A program made the translations under genes and the position numbers. The notes below the pieces were generated by a model that ran no database searches, was not told the origin of the DNA, and worked only from the letters and a program-made list of their open reading frames with translations. Source: Eubacteriales bacterium (GTDB lineage: Bacteria > Bacillota > Clostridia > Oscillospirales > CAG-272). From it: a stretch of DNA of 64,000 nt. The DNA lies in NCBI GenBank assembly GCA_045541375.1, contig JAZQJB010000144.1, positions 87,493 through 151,492 on the forward strand. Direction: 5' to 3'. Below, piece by piece: positions 37,909 to 47,962 of the stretch; positions within the stretch are counted from its first letter, which is position 1, and each line of letters begins with the position of its first letter.

Positions 37909-38841
37909 TTAGTTATTGCCGGTGAGCTTTGCGATCTCTTCTGCGAAGTTATCTTCTCTCTTCTCAAGTCCTTCGCCCTTCTCATAAAGAACAAAGTCAA
38001 CAACCTTGATCTCGCCGCCAAGTCTCTTGCCCTCGGTCTCGAGGTACTTGCCAACGGACATATCATCTTCCTTGAAGAAGGACTGGTCGAGGAGGCATAC
38101 GTTCTCGTAGAACTTGCCCATCTTACCGATAACGATCTTCTCGAGGATAGCGTCGGGCTTGTTAGCATTCTTAGGATCGTTCTTAAGAGCTGCAACCTGG
38201 ATGTTCTTCTCTTCCTCGATTACGCTTGCGGGAACTTCCTCGCGGCAAACGTAGGTGGGAGGAGAACCTGCTGCGATCTGGAGAGCGATGTTCTTAGCAA
38301 CTGCAGCGAACTCGTCGTTGGTAGCAACTGCCTCGTCAGCGGTGAAGCGAACGATAACACCTGCAACGCCAGCACCGTGGATGTAAGTGCTGGTGATACC
38401 CTCACGGATAACGAAACGACGGATGGTGATCTTTTCGCCGATGGTGAAGATCATTTCCTTAAGCTTAGCGTCAACGGTGATTTCAGAACCGTCGAAGTTA
38501 GCAGCGGTAAGCTCCTCAGCATTAGCGGGCTTGATAGCAATGATGGTACGGAGAAGTCCCTTAACGAACTCCTTGAATGTATCGTTCTTTGCAACGAAGT
38601 CGGTCTCAGCGTTAACCTCGATCATAGCGGAAACATTGCCTTCCTTGAGGATGTCAACAACGCCCTCAGCAGCAATTCTGCCTTCCTTCTTAGCGGCAAC
38701 AGCAAGGCCTCTCTCACGGAGAACCTTCATAGCCTTTTCCATATCGCCTTCAGCTTCAACAAGTGCCTTCTTGCACTCCATCATACCGATACCGGTCTTA
38801 GCGCGGAGAGCAGCAACGTCTTTTGCATTAATAGTAGCCAT
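37909..38841 (-). CDS. tsf: Elongation factor Ts
   Basis: 310 aa with the N-terminal UBA-like region VAALRAKTGIGMMECKKAL. RBS AAGGAG. Confidence 0.96.
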   Translation of the reverse strand: MATINAKDVAALRAKTGIGMMECKKALVEAEGDMEKAMKVLRERGLAVAAKKEGRIAAEGVVDILKEGNVSAMIEVNAETDFVAKNDTFKEFVKGLLRTIIAIKPANAEELTAANFDGSEITVDAKLKEMIFTIGEKITIRRFVIREGITSTYIHGAGVAGVIVRFTADEAVATNDEFAAVAKNIALQIAAGSPPTYVCREEVPASVIEEEKNIQVAALKNDPKNANKPDAILEKIVIGKMGKFYENVCLLDQSFFKEDDMSVGKYLETEGKRLGGEIKVVDFVLYEKGEGLEKREDNFAEEIAKLTGNN

Positions 38842-38878
38842 TTTATTACTCCTTAAAATTTAATACAGAAAGTATGGA

Positions 38879-39613
38879 TTACTCAGCGTCTGCGGACTCT
38901 GCAGCCTCTTCAGCCTCGGGAGCGAGCTGTTCGCCCTGCTTGCCTTCGATAACTGCATCAGCGAGTACGGAGGAGATGAGCTTGATAGCGCGGATAGCGT
39001 CATCATTACCGGGGATGATGTAATCTGCATCATCGGGATCACAGTTGGTATCAACGATAGCGATTACGGGAATGCCAAGCTTCTTAGCTTCCTTAACTGC
39101 GTTAGCTTCCTTCTTGGTATCAACGATGAATACTGCAGCGGGGAGTTCGGTCATGGTCTTGATACCGCCGTAGTTCTTCTCAAGGTCGATCATTTCCTTG
39201 TTAAGAGCAGCAGCTTCCTTCTTGGGGAGCATATCAAAGGTGCCATCCTCGCTCATCTTGGTGAGGGTGTTGAGTCTGTTGATGGACTTCTTGATGGTCT
39301 TGAAGTTGGTCATCATACCGCCGGGCCAACGAACGTTAACGTAGTACATACCGCATCTCTCTGCTTCTTCCTTGATGGCATCAGCAGCCTGCTTCTTGGT
39401 ACCAACGAAGAGAATGTTCTTACCGGAAGCAGCAACTTCCTTAACGTAAGCATAAGCCTCGTCGATCTTGTCTACGGTCTTTGCAAGGTGAATGATGTAA
39501 AGGCCGTTACGCTCGGTGTAGATGTACTCCGACATCTTGGGGTTCCATCTTCTGGTGTGATGTCCGAAATGGACGCCTGCTTCAAGCAGCTGTTTCATGG
39601 TGATTACTGACAT
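38879..39613 (-). CDS. rpsB: 30S ribosomal protein S2
   Basis: [18 protein letters not shown]. Start set at the ATG at 39613 with RBS AAGGAGG. The ORF-track start at 39691 lies in the leader. It has an acidic C-terminal tail. Confidence 0.96.
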   Translation of the reverse strand: MSVITMKQLLEAGVHFGHHTRRWNPKMSEYIYTERNGLYIIHLAKTVDKIDEAYAYVKEVAASGKNILFVGTKKQAADAIKEEAERCGMYYVNVRWPGGMMTNFKTIKKSINRLNTLTKMSEDGTFDMLPKKEAAALNKEMIDLEKNYGGIKTMTELPAAVFIVDTKKEANAVKEAKKLGIPVIAIVDTNCDPDDADYIIPGNDDAIRAIKLISSVLADAVIEGKQGEQLAPEAEEAAESADAE

Positions 39614-39760
39614 TTTAATGTCCTCCTTAATTTGGTTTTTTCCACCGCGCTCCCTATGCTTCATCCGACCTTTTCGGCATTGAAAAGGCACCGGGATGCC
39701 AACGTAGAAGCGCGTGTGTTTTATGTTTAACGCCGCCCACCGTGAAAGCGCGGCGCAAAC
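39614..39760 (-). promoter_or_regulatory. Structured 5' UTR of rpsB-tsf (candidate r-protein autoregulatory leader)
   Basis: GC-rich helices in an AT-rich context: CGCCGC...GCGGCG, CGCGCU...AGCGCG, CAUCC...GGAUG and CCUUUUC...GAAAAGG, ending just before the RBS. Confidence 0.45.
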
Positions 39761-39766
39761 ATTGGA

Positions 39767-39795
39767 ATTATATCATATTTCTCTTCAATTGACAA
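39767..39795 (-). promoter_or_regulatory. Sigma-A promoter of rpsB-tsf
   Basis: Minus strand: TTGTCA, 17-nt spacer, TATAAT. Confidence 0.65.
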
Positions 39796-39832
39796 TAGTT
39801 TTTTGTGAAGTTTACATTTAATTTACACAAAT

Positions 39833-40129
39833 TCAATCATTTGGATTGCATTTTTTGCTCTTTTGGAATTGCATTAGGCAATCCAAGTCATTTTGAGAGA
39901 GCTTAACAAGTATGGCGTCATCCCCAATACATTCAATTCGATTCCAAGGTAACTGGAATTTGTGATCGTTTCTAAATGAAAACAACCCTGAACAACGGCA
40001 TAAAATCAAAGAGCAAAGCTGTCCGCTGCAGCTATCAAATTCGATCTCAGCAATTGTTCCCAATTTTGTGCCGTCACAGACATTGATCACGTCTTTTCGA
40101 CACAGCTCATTAAAAGATATACGGCTCAT
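39833..40129 (-). CDS. YlmC/YmxH family sporulation protein (PRC-barrel)
   Basis: 98 aa containing KDVINVCDGTKLGTIAEIEFD...LCSLIL. RBS AAAGGAGA. Confidence 0.85.
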   Translation of the reverse strand: MSRISFNELCRKDVINVCDGTKLGTIAEIEFDSCSGQLCSLILCRCSGLFSFRNDHKFQLPWNRIECIGDDAILVKLSQNDLDCLMQFQKSKKCNPND

Positions 40130-40185
40130 AACAGTCTCCTTTCTTCATTAAAATATATGATGAAAGATGGATGATATGAGTCAAT

Positions 40186-42843
40186 TTAAACGTGTTTGCT
40201 TGAGGAGAATGAAGACAAGCTGCCGATCAAAATCACAATAAGGATAAGGGAAACAACAGCCGCGCCAAGGATGTAAGGCAGAACACCGATATTTGGTATC
40301 GCTGAGAACACTTGCGTAGAAACTTTTGGTAAGCAAATTATAAAAGCATTTGCCAATAAAGCACTCAAAAGTATGAAGAAAAAACAATAATTGAATTTGT
40401 GTGCCCGCGTTCTGGCGTGTAATATCAAAAGAAAACCGCCAAGTGCAGCCATTTGAGCAAATAAGACGAATATCAAGGCAAAGATATTTGCATCAGCAGC
40501 AAGAATCATTTCGGTTTTGGTCAGATATCCGATCGAAAAAAGAACAACGATCGAAACGATAACAGCGCAAAAAGCAGAAAGAATAGATGTAGCGGGATCA
40601 AAGAGCTTTTGGGTTTCAGAAATAGTATTCTTGGCTTTCACAGGGATGCCTCTAAAATACGCAATTGAGAGTAATGATGCAAAATCGCAGAAGAATCCGC
40701 ATATCAATAAAGCAATCGGACTCAAAACGTTATTCACATAGCCTAAAGCAAGTGGAATCAAAACTGCCAATATTCTCAAAAAAGCAGAAAAAATCAAATA
40801 GTTTTTATATATTCCAAGCTTTAAAAAAGCCATAGAGCATGCTTGTATTGCTTTTAATGCATCAGAGAGTCCTCCGCTGCTTGGAGAAATATCCGGAACA
40901 ATGTTTAAAGCCGAGGCGATTCGCACTGAGTCAAAAGAACTGCGTGCGTGAGTGGCGAAAATATTAAAGGGCGAAACATCATGTCTGTTAGCCGAATCTT
41001 TAATAATAGGCAAAACTTTTCTCGAATTATCTGCCAAACGTTTAGAAATGGCTTGCGTACCTTTTCTGCCAAAACCGACGTAGATCTTCGTTGCCAAATT
41101 GGCGTCTGATACATCAAGACCCGCTTGCAAGTATTCGGAATTAATCGCTATATCACTGCTGTTTTTCAACAATCCGCAATTATATGCTATTTCAATATTG
41201 CGATCAGTCTCTTCTTCGAGAACAAGCACCGGATGCACACCTGCTTCAAGCAACTCTTCTCTCAGATCACCGTCACAATACGGATATTCTTCTCCGGTTG
41301 CCACGATTCCTTCAAATATCAGTTGCTTATCACGTTTATTGTATGAATAGAAAACCGACTGCTCCAGAGAGACAAAAGAGTCATATTTGTCAAAAGCTCT
41401 GCGAATTTCACCCGATTCTTTCTCGCCGAGCTTCCAAACTCCGCCTCCTTCTGTGCGAAATGCTGCACACGAGTTGAGCAAAGAGAGATCAGAAGATCTT
41501 GTAATATAGCTTATAGGAGTGCCATCTTCATCAAAATCAAAAACGCACGAGCGAGCTCCGGTTACAGGAAAATTCTTTAATACTTTTATTCGTTTACCAT
41601 TCTTACCTACGCATTGCTTTGATCCGCAAAACTCATTAATAACCTTGTCGGTAGCTGTCATAATTGACTTTGGCATACCTGCATAGAAGGGCGCGATCTG
41701 ATCAATGAAATCATTAATCTGTTGTGAGTTCAAAGAATCAAAACGGTATTGTCTGCCGCAAAAATATATACGCCTGACGAGCTTTCTTTCATCGATCAGC
41801 GTTTCCGGGCACAAAATTAATAATGTATCCGTTTGTGCCAATTCTTCTGCAGATGAAAGCTTTGTAATCTTGCTTTCTTGATGTTTTTCAAACTTTGACA
41901 TCAAAGATGAAGGCAAAAGCTCTTTAGTGACTATTGCCTCTGCGGATGATATAGAAAGCTCGCTCATCGACGTTGCAGCGAGAGTTAAAGCAAGAACAAA
42001 TACGGAAAGAAAGTCGAACGGAAGCCCTTCACCGGCTGTTTGCAAATAGATCAACAAGAGAATAAGGGGAATGACAACCGTTAATATTGCAAGCGAAAAC
42101 CTTCTGGATTTACTTAAAAATGTGCGTAAAAATACAGGGGTATCATTTTCAGGGACGATTGAAATACCGTTATAATCTCTGCAAATTACAGTATCGGTAC
42201 CAATTGCGGATACAATAGCACTTCCCTTTCCCGATATAACCATAGAACCGGCATATACCACGTTGGGACAATGAAATTCATCGGGATCACTCGTAACGTA
42301 GTCGTGGTTTTTCTGATATTTTTTATACTCTGTTCGACCGGTTATTTGATTGCTTTCTCTTTCAGCAACAAACAAAGCGGAAGAAGACACAAGCCTTGCG
42401 TCTGCAGGTATAATATCTCCTTGCGTAAAAGTGATCAGATCCCCAACTTCGACATCATAAACACTCAGTCTTGTGCTGATTCCGTTTTCGGTTACTTTTG
42501 CATTGGGAAGCAGATTCCTATAAGAATTCGATATTCTCATTGAGGATCGATAGTTGATAAAAGAACCGCAAACAAACGCAATCCCAATCAGCAGAATACC
42601 GGTCAAGCTCTCCGAGCGATCACCAAACAGAGCAGCGATCAGATAAGCAACCACCAGAAGCCAAAGAGAAGCATCGGAAGCCATTCTCTTCAAAATCATT
42701 GATGAGTCAGCAGCGGGAAGGTGAAATATCTTATTATTCTTTTTTCTCTTTCTGTCGGAAGGCAAGTTTTTTCTTCCTTGATTTATATCCGTTCCGGTTT
42801 CAAGTACAACTTTAGATATCTCATAAGTGTTCCAGTTATTCAT
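40186..42843 (-). CDS. P-type ATPase homologue with degenerate catalytic motifs (probable pseudo-enzyme)
   Basis: E1-E2 actuator-like segment VEVGDLITFTQGDIIPADARLVSS and about 10 TM helices. However, TGES reads TGRT, PEGL reads SELS, DKTGT reads CPETL, and GDGxND reads KDSANRHD. Start set at the ATG at 42843 with RBS AAAGGAGG. Confidence 0.7.
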   Translation of the reverse strand: MNNWNTYEISKVVLETGTDINQGRKNLPSDRKRKKNNKIFHLPAADSSMILKRMASDASLWLLVVAYLIAALFGDRSESLTGILLIGIAFVCGSFINYRSSMRISNSYRNLLPNAKVTENGISTRLSVYDVEVGDLITFTQGDIIPADARLVSSSALFVAERESNQITGRTEYKKYQKNHDYVTSDPDEFHCPNVVYAGSMVISGKGSAIVSAIGTDTVICRDYNGISIVPENDTPVFLRTFLSKSRRFSLAILTVVIPLILLLIYLQTAGEGLPFDFLSVFVLALTLAATSMSELSISSAEAIVTKELLPSSLMSKFEKHQESKITKLSSAEELAQTDTLLILCPETLIDERKLVRRIYFCGRQYRFDSLNSQQINDFIDQIAPFYAGMPKSIMTATDKVINEFCGSKQCVGKNGKRIKVLKNFPVTGARSCVFDFDEDGTPISYITRSSDLSLLNSCAAFRTEGGGVWKLGEKESGEIRRAFDKYDSFVSLEQSVFYSYNKRDKQLIFEGIVATGEEYPYCDGDLREELLEAGVHPVLVLEEETDRNIEIAYNCGLLKNSSDIAINSEYLQAGLDVSDANLATKIYVGFGRKGTQAISKRLADNSRKVLPIIKDSANRHDVSPFNIFATHARSSFDSVRIASALNIVPDISPSSGGLSDALKAIQACSMAFLKLGIYKNYLIFSAFLRILAVLIPLALGYVNNVLSPIALLICGFFCDFASLLSIAYFRGIPVKAKNTISETQKLFDPATSILSAFCAVIVSIVVLFSIGYLTKTEMILAADANIFALIFVLFAQMAALGGFLLILHARTRAHKFNYCFFFILLSALLANAFIICLPKVSTQVFSAIPNIGVLPYILGAAVVSLILIVILIGSLSSFSSSKHV

Positions 42844-42879
42844 AACCTTGCCTCCTTTCAAAAAATCATTTAAATAGTC

Positions 42880-45201
42880 TTAATTACATTCAACGTGCAG
42901 TGCACCTGATTTAACAGAAATATTCACACAGCTTATCTTCCCGTATATATCGGATACAATATGCTCTGCAATCGTATCTTCGATATTACGTTGAATATAT
43001 CTGCGCATATTTCTTGCACCGTATTTAACAGAATAAGATTCTGCGGCAATAAATTTGGCCGCGTTATCCGTATAAGTCATAACTATGTTCCGATCTTCGA
43101 GAACTTTCTTGAGGTCACCAAGCATAATCTTGACAATATCGCAGAAATTGCTTTCAGAGAGAGAGTTGAAAACGATCACCTCATCAACTCTGTTAATAAA
43201 CTCAGGTCGCAAAAATTCAAGCAACGCTTTTTCGATACGGTTCTTCTCTGCCTGAGTTTCAGAAGAAGCAAATCCAAGAGCAGAGGAAGAACGTCCCGAA
43301 CCGGCATTTGTGGTCATAACCACGACTGCATTTTCAAAGTTTACGGATCTTCCCTGGGCATCGGTAACTCTGCCGTCATCAAGAATCTGCAAAAGCACAT
43401 TCAGAACATCAGGGTGAGCTTTCTCGATTTCATCGAACAAAACTACAGAATAAGGTCTGCGTCTGATCTTTTCGGTCAGTTGTCCTGCCTCTTCATATCC
43501 AACATAACCGGGAGGAGAGCCGATAAGACGTGAAACAGAATGCTTTTCCATAAATTCAGACATGTCAAATCTTATCAAAGTTTCTGGTGTATTGAAAAGA
43601 TCTGCAGCAAGGACCTTAACAAGTTCTGTTTTGCCCACTCCGGTAGGTCCGGCAAATATAAAAGATACAGGCTTCCTTTTGTAAGTTATTCCGGCTCTGT
43701 TGCGCTTTATAGCGCGAGCCACAGCCGAAACGGCATCATCCTGACCAACGATTCTGGAACGCAATCTATCTTCGAGTTTATCAATAAGACGGAATTCATT
43801 TTCTTTGATAGTAGTTGCAGGTACTCCGGTCCACACTTCGATAACTGAAGCAATATCTTCGAGTGAAAGAGTTACCTTCTTACATTCCTGCTCGAGTGCA
43901 TTGAGCCTATCAGAGAGTGCCATTTCTTTGGATTTGATCTTTGCTATACGCTCATATTTCTTCTCTTCGTTCTTTTCGGTAGCTGCTTCAGCTTCTTCTC
44001 TCTCTTCTTTAAGCTTAAGGAGCTCTTCGCGAATAGAATATGATTCATTGATCGCAGAGCTCGAAAGAGAAAGAGACGCCGCAGCTTCATCAAGAAGATC
44101 TATTGCCTTATCCGGAAGATATCTGTCGGTAATATATCTCTCAGAAAGCATAACTGTTCTCAGAATCACAGACTCGGGCACAGTTATACGGTGGTAATCT
44201 TCATAATAATGCTTGATGCCTTCAAGCATCTTGGCAGCTTCTTCAACAGAAGGCTCGTTAACAGTAACGGGTTGGAATCTTCTTTCAAGAGCAGAATCCT
44301 TTTCGATATACTTTCTATACTCATTGAGCGTAGTCGCGCCTATAACGCGAATCTCGCCCCTTGAAAGCGCCGGTTTCATTATATTTGCAGCATTGGTGCT
44401 GCCCTCGCCTCCACCGGTACCTACTATGCTGTGAACCTCGTCAATTACGAGAATAATGTTTTTTGCTGCTTTAACTTCATTAATAAGTGCAAGCATTCTC
44501 TGCTCAAATTGGCCGCGGAACTGTGTACCCGCTACAATGGCTGTGAGGTCTACAAGATATAATTCCGCATCTTTAAGCCTATAAGGAACGTCACCCGATG
44601 CGATTTTTTGAGCCAAAGCTTCAGCGATCGCTGTCTTTCCAACACCCGGCTCACCGATCAGACATGGATTGTTCTTCTGTCTGCGGCAAAGAATCTGAAT
44701 AACTCTTGCAAGCTCGTTCTGACGCCCAACTATATTATCAAGTCTTCCCTTCTTTGCCATATCGGTAAGATTCTTGCAATATCTGTCAAGGATCTCTCGT
44801 TTGGGTCTGTTGTCATCAGACTTTTTCTGCGATTTGGAATCTTTATCTTTGCTGGCGCCTTTATTAGCTTCGACTTCCTTATTGCCAAACGCTTCGCTGA
44901 TGATCTTTTGAATGTTTATTGATGGAGCTCCTCCGTCATCGGGTAGAGCAGGGTTATCGTCATCTGCAAGCTCAGCAAATTCAGCCGACTCAGCAAGTTC
45001 GGCCATATTTTGCTCAAGCTCGTCCATCTGCTCGGGCGATATGCCAAATTTCTTAAGCTGATCGCCCATAATATCATCGACAGGAACGCCAAGCTCTCTT
45101 GCACACTGCAAGCAAAGACCTTCCGTCTTCTTCTCGCCGTCTTCAAGTTTTGTTACAAACACGACGGCATATCTTTTTTTACATTTTGAACATTTTACCA
45201 T
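42880..45201 (-). CDS. Clp/Hsp100 AAA+ unfoldase, ClpE-like (N-terminal zinc ribbon, two AAA+ modules)
   Basis: C4,C7...C30,C33 zinc ribbon. Walker A motifs GEPGVGKT and GPTGVGKT. A short coiled-coil middle domain and an LGF ClpP-docking loop (SALGFAS). Confidence 0.85.
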   Translation of the reverse strand: MVKCSKCKKRYAVVFVTKLEDGEKKTEGLCLQCARELGVPVDDIMGDQLKKFGISPEQMDELEQNMAELAESAEFAELADDDNPALPDDGGAPSINIQKIISEAFGNKEVEANKGASKDKDSKSQKKSDDNRPKREILDRYCKNLTDMAKKGRLDNIVGRQNELARVIQILCRRQKNNPCLIGEPGVGKTAIAEALAQKIASGDVPYRLKDAELYLVDLTAIVAGTQFRGQFEQRMLALINEVKAAKNIILVIDEVHSIVGTGGGEGSTNAANIMKPALSRGEIRVIGATTLNEYRKYIEKDSALERRFQPVTVNEPSVEEAAKMLEGIKHYYEDYHRITVPESVILRTVMLSERYITDRYLPDKAIDLLDEAAASLSLSSSAINESYSIREELLKLKEEREEAEAATEKNEEKKYERIAKIKSKEMALSDRLNALEQECKKVTLSLEDIASVIEVWTGVPATTIKENEFRLIDKLEDRLRSRIVGQDDAVSAVARAIKRNRAGITYKRKPVSFIFAGPTGVGKTELVKVLAADLFNTPETLIRFDMSEFMEKHSVSRLIGSPPGYVGYEEAGQLTEKIRRRPYSVVLFDEIEKAHPDVLNVLLQILDDGRVTDAQGRSVNFENAVVVMTTNAGSGRSSSALGFASSETQAEKNRIEKALLEFLRPEFINRVDEVIVFNSLSESNFCDIVKIMLGDLKKVLEDRNIVMTYTDNAAKFIAAESYSVKYGARNMRRYIQRNIEDTIAEHIVSDIYGKISCVNISVKSGALHVECN

Positions 45202-45230
45202 AAATTGTACCTCGAATTAAATGCGAAAGA

Positions 45231-45959
45231 CTAACTGATATTTATAAATTTAATTGGTGAGAATGAACAGAAGAATTTAAAAATGAATGATCCATCTGTC
45301 AGACTATTCAGCACCTCTACGGTTTCGGGATCCATAAATCCTCTTTCAACGAATATGCTCAACGTTACACATAAAATCCATACGATCACCAAACCTTTAA
45401 TAAGTCCAAAAACGAAACCCAACAGAGTATTTAAAGTTTTAATAATCGGGATCTTTACAATAATCTTCACTACCAGACCGATTAGCCATAAAAGCAAGAC
45501 TGAGAGAAGGAATATCGAAACTATAGCGATTGCATTAGATAAAGTGTTTGAAATTGGCATAGCAACAGATTCAGCAAAAGCATACAGTTCATCAGTTGAA
45601 ATGCTGAGAGCTGATCCGAATTGAGCTGCGAGATCATTGATATCTGCTCCGCAATTTTCAACCAACGTTATAAATTCGTCGGGTAACGATTCGAATAATG
45701 CGGAAAGATTATAGCTACCGGCATTTTTCTCTATGAGCGTATCTACCACTCCGTAGGTATACTCAGAAATATACTTTAAAACAAAATTATTACAAATCCA
45801 TTCTGCCGCGATCCCGCTGAATAGATAAGCAACCGCAAAGGAACCAATAATAGTCACAGAACTCCATACAGATTCAACGAATCCGCGCTCTGTGCCAATT
45901 ATTGTAATCAGAATGAACAGTAAAACAAAAAATATGTCAATAAGGTAATTCATGTTCAC
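45231..45959 (-). CDS. cvpA: CvpA family membrane protein
   Basis: N-terminus NYLIDIFFVLLFILITIIGTERGFV and 4-5 TM helices. Confidence 0.7.
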   Translation of the reverse strand: MNMNYLIDIFFVLLFILITIIGTERGFVESVWSSVTIIGSFAVAYLFSGIAAEWICNNFVLKYISEYTYGVVDTLIEKNAGSYNLSALFESLPDEFITLVENCGADINDLAAQFGSALSISTDELYAFAESVAMPISNTLSNAIAIVSIFLLSVLLLWLIGLVVKIIVKIPIIKTLNTLLGFVFGLIKGLVIVWILCVTLSIFVERGFMDPETVEVLNSLTDGSFIFKFFCSFSPIKFINIS

Positions 45960-45967
45960 CTCAAAAA

Positions 45968-47176
45968 TTATTCTTCAATGTCAATCAACGGCGCAGATGA
46001 CTCGGTGCATAGATATAAGGTATGATCATTATAAGCCAAAAGACGACTTCCTGTGACAGGCACATCAAGCTGAATCTCTTTCTTTCCGTTGGAATTCAAG
46101 ACAAGAACGCAATCTTCAATTAGCAAACAAATGCTGTTGCCGCAAACCTCTACATCGTACACAGTAGAACCTATTTGTGTTTCATACAAAATGTCAGAAT
46201 TATCTGAAATTGAAAGTAAAGAGTATGAAATATCATGCCCCGAATCATCCAAAAGCAAAACCGCTTTATCATAAGTCAGCTCAAAGTCTGAAATCACACG
46301 TCCGTTAAAAGAAAAAGTATTGCTCTCTTTGGTATCAACGTTATAATTGATAAGCTCGTTCTTACAAACAATGAAAAAGCCGGACGAAGATATTTTGCAA
46401 GAAATCGGGAATGAAGAAATGAATTCCGCATCACAGACGGTTTTATTGTTATTGAAATCGTACAAATTTGTTTTTACAATGTAGTCAGAGTGGTTATCAG
46501 ACACTTCAACAGAAGTGATCAATATGGAATTATTATTCATATCAACATCAACAACGTATCCGGATTTATTAAAACGATTGATCAATTCAAAATCATCATT
46601 ATAAACCTCAACAGTAGAAGTATACTCATCCGATGAAGTGATCAAAGCATAGAAACCGTTTTGTGACATAGAAGCGCCACGGATCGGCTTGTCAAAAGTT
46701 TGCGAATGAACTTTAGTGAAGGAATTATAGACAAGTATATCGCAATTTCCGGAATCATAAATCAAAGCGTACTTATCAGAAGTTTCCATAACAGGATTTT
46801 TAAAAGAAAACGCATCGGAACAAGTCAAGCGACCTGTGGATGAAAATATTGAAATCCCGGAGTTACCGCTCAGAGTGAACTTATCACCGACCAAGGAATA
46901 GCTTCTTGAAGAATCCGGATTATATCGTATCGAATATACGTTGTCGTTACGCTTCTCTTCGAGCGTAAGCGAGAAATTTCGCACCAAATATTCAAGATTA
47001 TCATACGTTACAGCATCTTGACCGAGAAAAGCCGAATGAACAATGAAAAACAAAAACGCGATAAAAAACACAAAAGATGTGATCCTGAAAAGGACAGAAA
47101 CCGAGGCATAAAAATCATTGTATGCATCGTTACTGTTGTTTATATCGTTCAGTACAACTTCATTATCATATTTCAT
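45968..47176 (-). CDS. Membrane-anchored hypothetical protein, beta-rich ectodomain (DUF5711-like)
   Basis: 402 aa with a single N-terminal TM followed by repetitive beta-strand-like segments. The family guess is from memory only. Confidence 0.5.
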   Translation of the reverse strand: MKYDNEVVLNDINNSNDAYNDFYASVSVLFRITSFVFFIAFLFFIVHSAFLGQDAVTYDNLEYLVRNFSLTLEEKRNDNVYSIRYNPDSSRSYSLVGDKFTLSGNSGISIFSSTGRLTCSDAFSFKNPVMETSDKYALIYDSGNCDILVYNSFTKVHSQTFDKPIRGASMSQNGFYALITSSDEYTSTVEVYNDDFELINRFNKSGYVVDVDMNNNSILITSVEVSDNHSDYIVKTNLYDFNNNKTVCDAEFISSFPISCKISSSGFFIVCKNELINYNVDTKESNTFSFNGRVISDFELTYDKAVLLLDDSGHDISYSLLSISDNSDILYETQIGSTVYDVEVCGNSICLLIEDCVLVLNSNGKKEIQLDVPVTGSRLLAYNDHTLYLCTESSAPLIDIEE

Positions 47177-47203
47177 ATTTATGCCTCCTTTCTTTCAGTC
47201 TAT

Positions 47204-47962
47204 TCAGTAAACTACTTCAGTAAGATAAAGTCCGTGTGCAGGTAGTGTAGCTCCCGCCAGCGCTCTGTTCTTTGAATTAATAATATCAGAAATTTGCTCA
47301 GGGGTAATATTCCCCTTACCAACTTCGAGTAATGTGCCGCTGATTATTCTTACCATATTGTAAAGAAATCCGTCGGCACTTATTCTGATAACGATCTCAT
47401 CGCCGATTCCGGTGACATTACACTCAAATACTGTTCTGACGGTGTCAACAACATTGGACCCGGATGCCATAAAAGATGAAAAATCATGCTTTCCACAAAT
47501 ATTACACGCAGCTTCGTTCATTTTGAGTACGTCGTATTCATTGAACAATTTAGGGTAATGGTAAGCTTTGTTAACATAAAACGGATCTTTGAATCGGCTA
47601 TTCAGAATGTGATATTCATAAGTTTTGGATTTAACACCATACCTGGCGTGAAAATCGTTGTTTACCCATTCAGCATAAAAAACAGATATGTCATCCGGTA
47701 AGCGGAAATTGAGAGCCAGCGGTATCTTTTCACACGGAATTCCGGTTTCAAGTGATGACTCTCCGTGCTTTTGAACTGTGGCACAGAAACAGCGTGCGTG
47801 AACGCCCGCGTCAGTGCGACTGCAACCTGTGATATCACACTCAAAACCAAACAAATCAAGCAACGCTTTATTGAGCACTTCTTGGATGGTCAAAGCATTG
47901 TTTTGAACCTGGTATCCAGCATAACGTGTACCGTCATACTTAATTTTGATAAACAGCTTCAT
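47204..47962 (-). CDS. truA: tRNA pseudouridine(38-40) synthase
   Basis: MKLFIKIKYDGTRYAGYQVQ and catalytic RTDAGVHA. Start at the ATG at 47962, overlapping the ecfT stop (TGATG). Confidence 0.93.
   Translation of the reverse strand: MKLFIKIKYDGTRYAGYQVQNNALTIQEVLNKALLDLFGFECDITGCSRTDAGVHARCFCATVQKHGESSLETGIPCEKIPLALNFRLPDDISVFYAEWVNNDFHARYGVKSKTYEYHILNSRFKDPFYVNKAYHYPKLFNEYDVLKMNEAACNICGKHDFSSFMASGSNVVDTVRTVFECNVTGIGDEIVIRISADGFLYNMVRIISGTLLEVGKGNITPEQISDIINSKNRALAGATLPAHGLYLTEVVY

Noticed and set aside
37882-38856. 324-aa ORF antisense to tsf, plus smaller shadow ORFs at 38387-38863 and 37788-38195
   Set aside because: The explanation is the same codon-bias artefact. The sense strand encodes an unmistakable EF-Ts.
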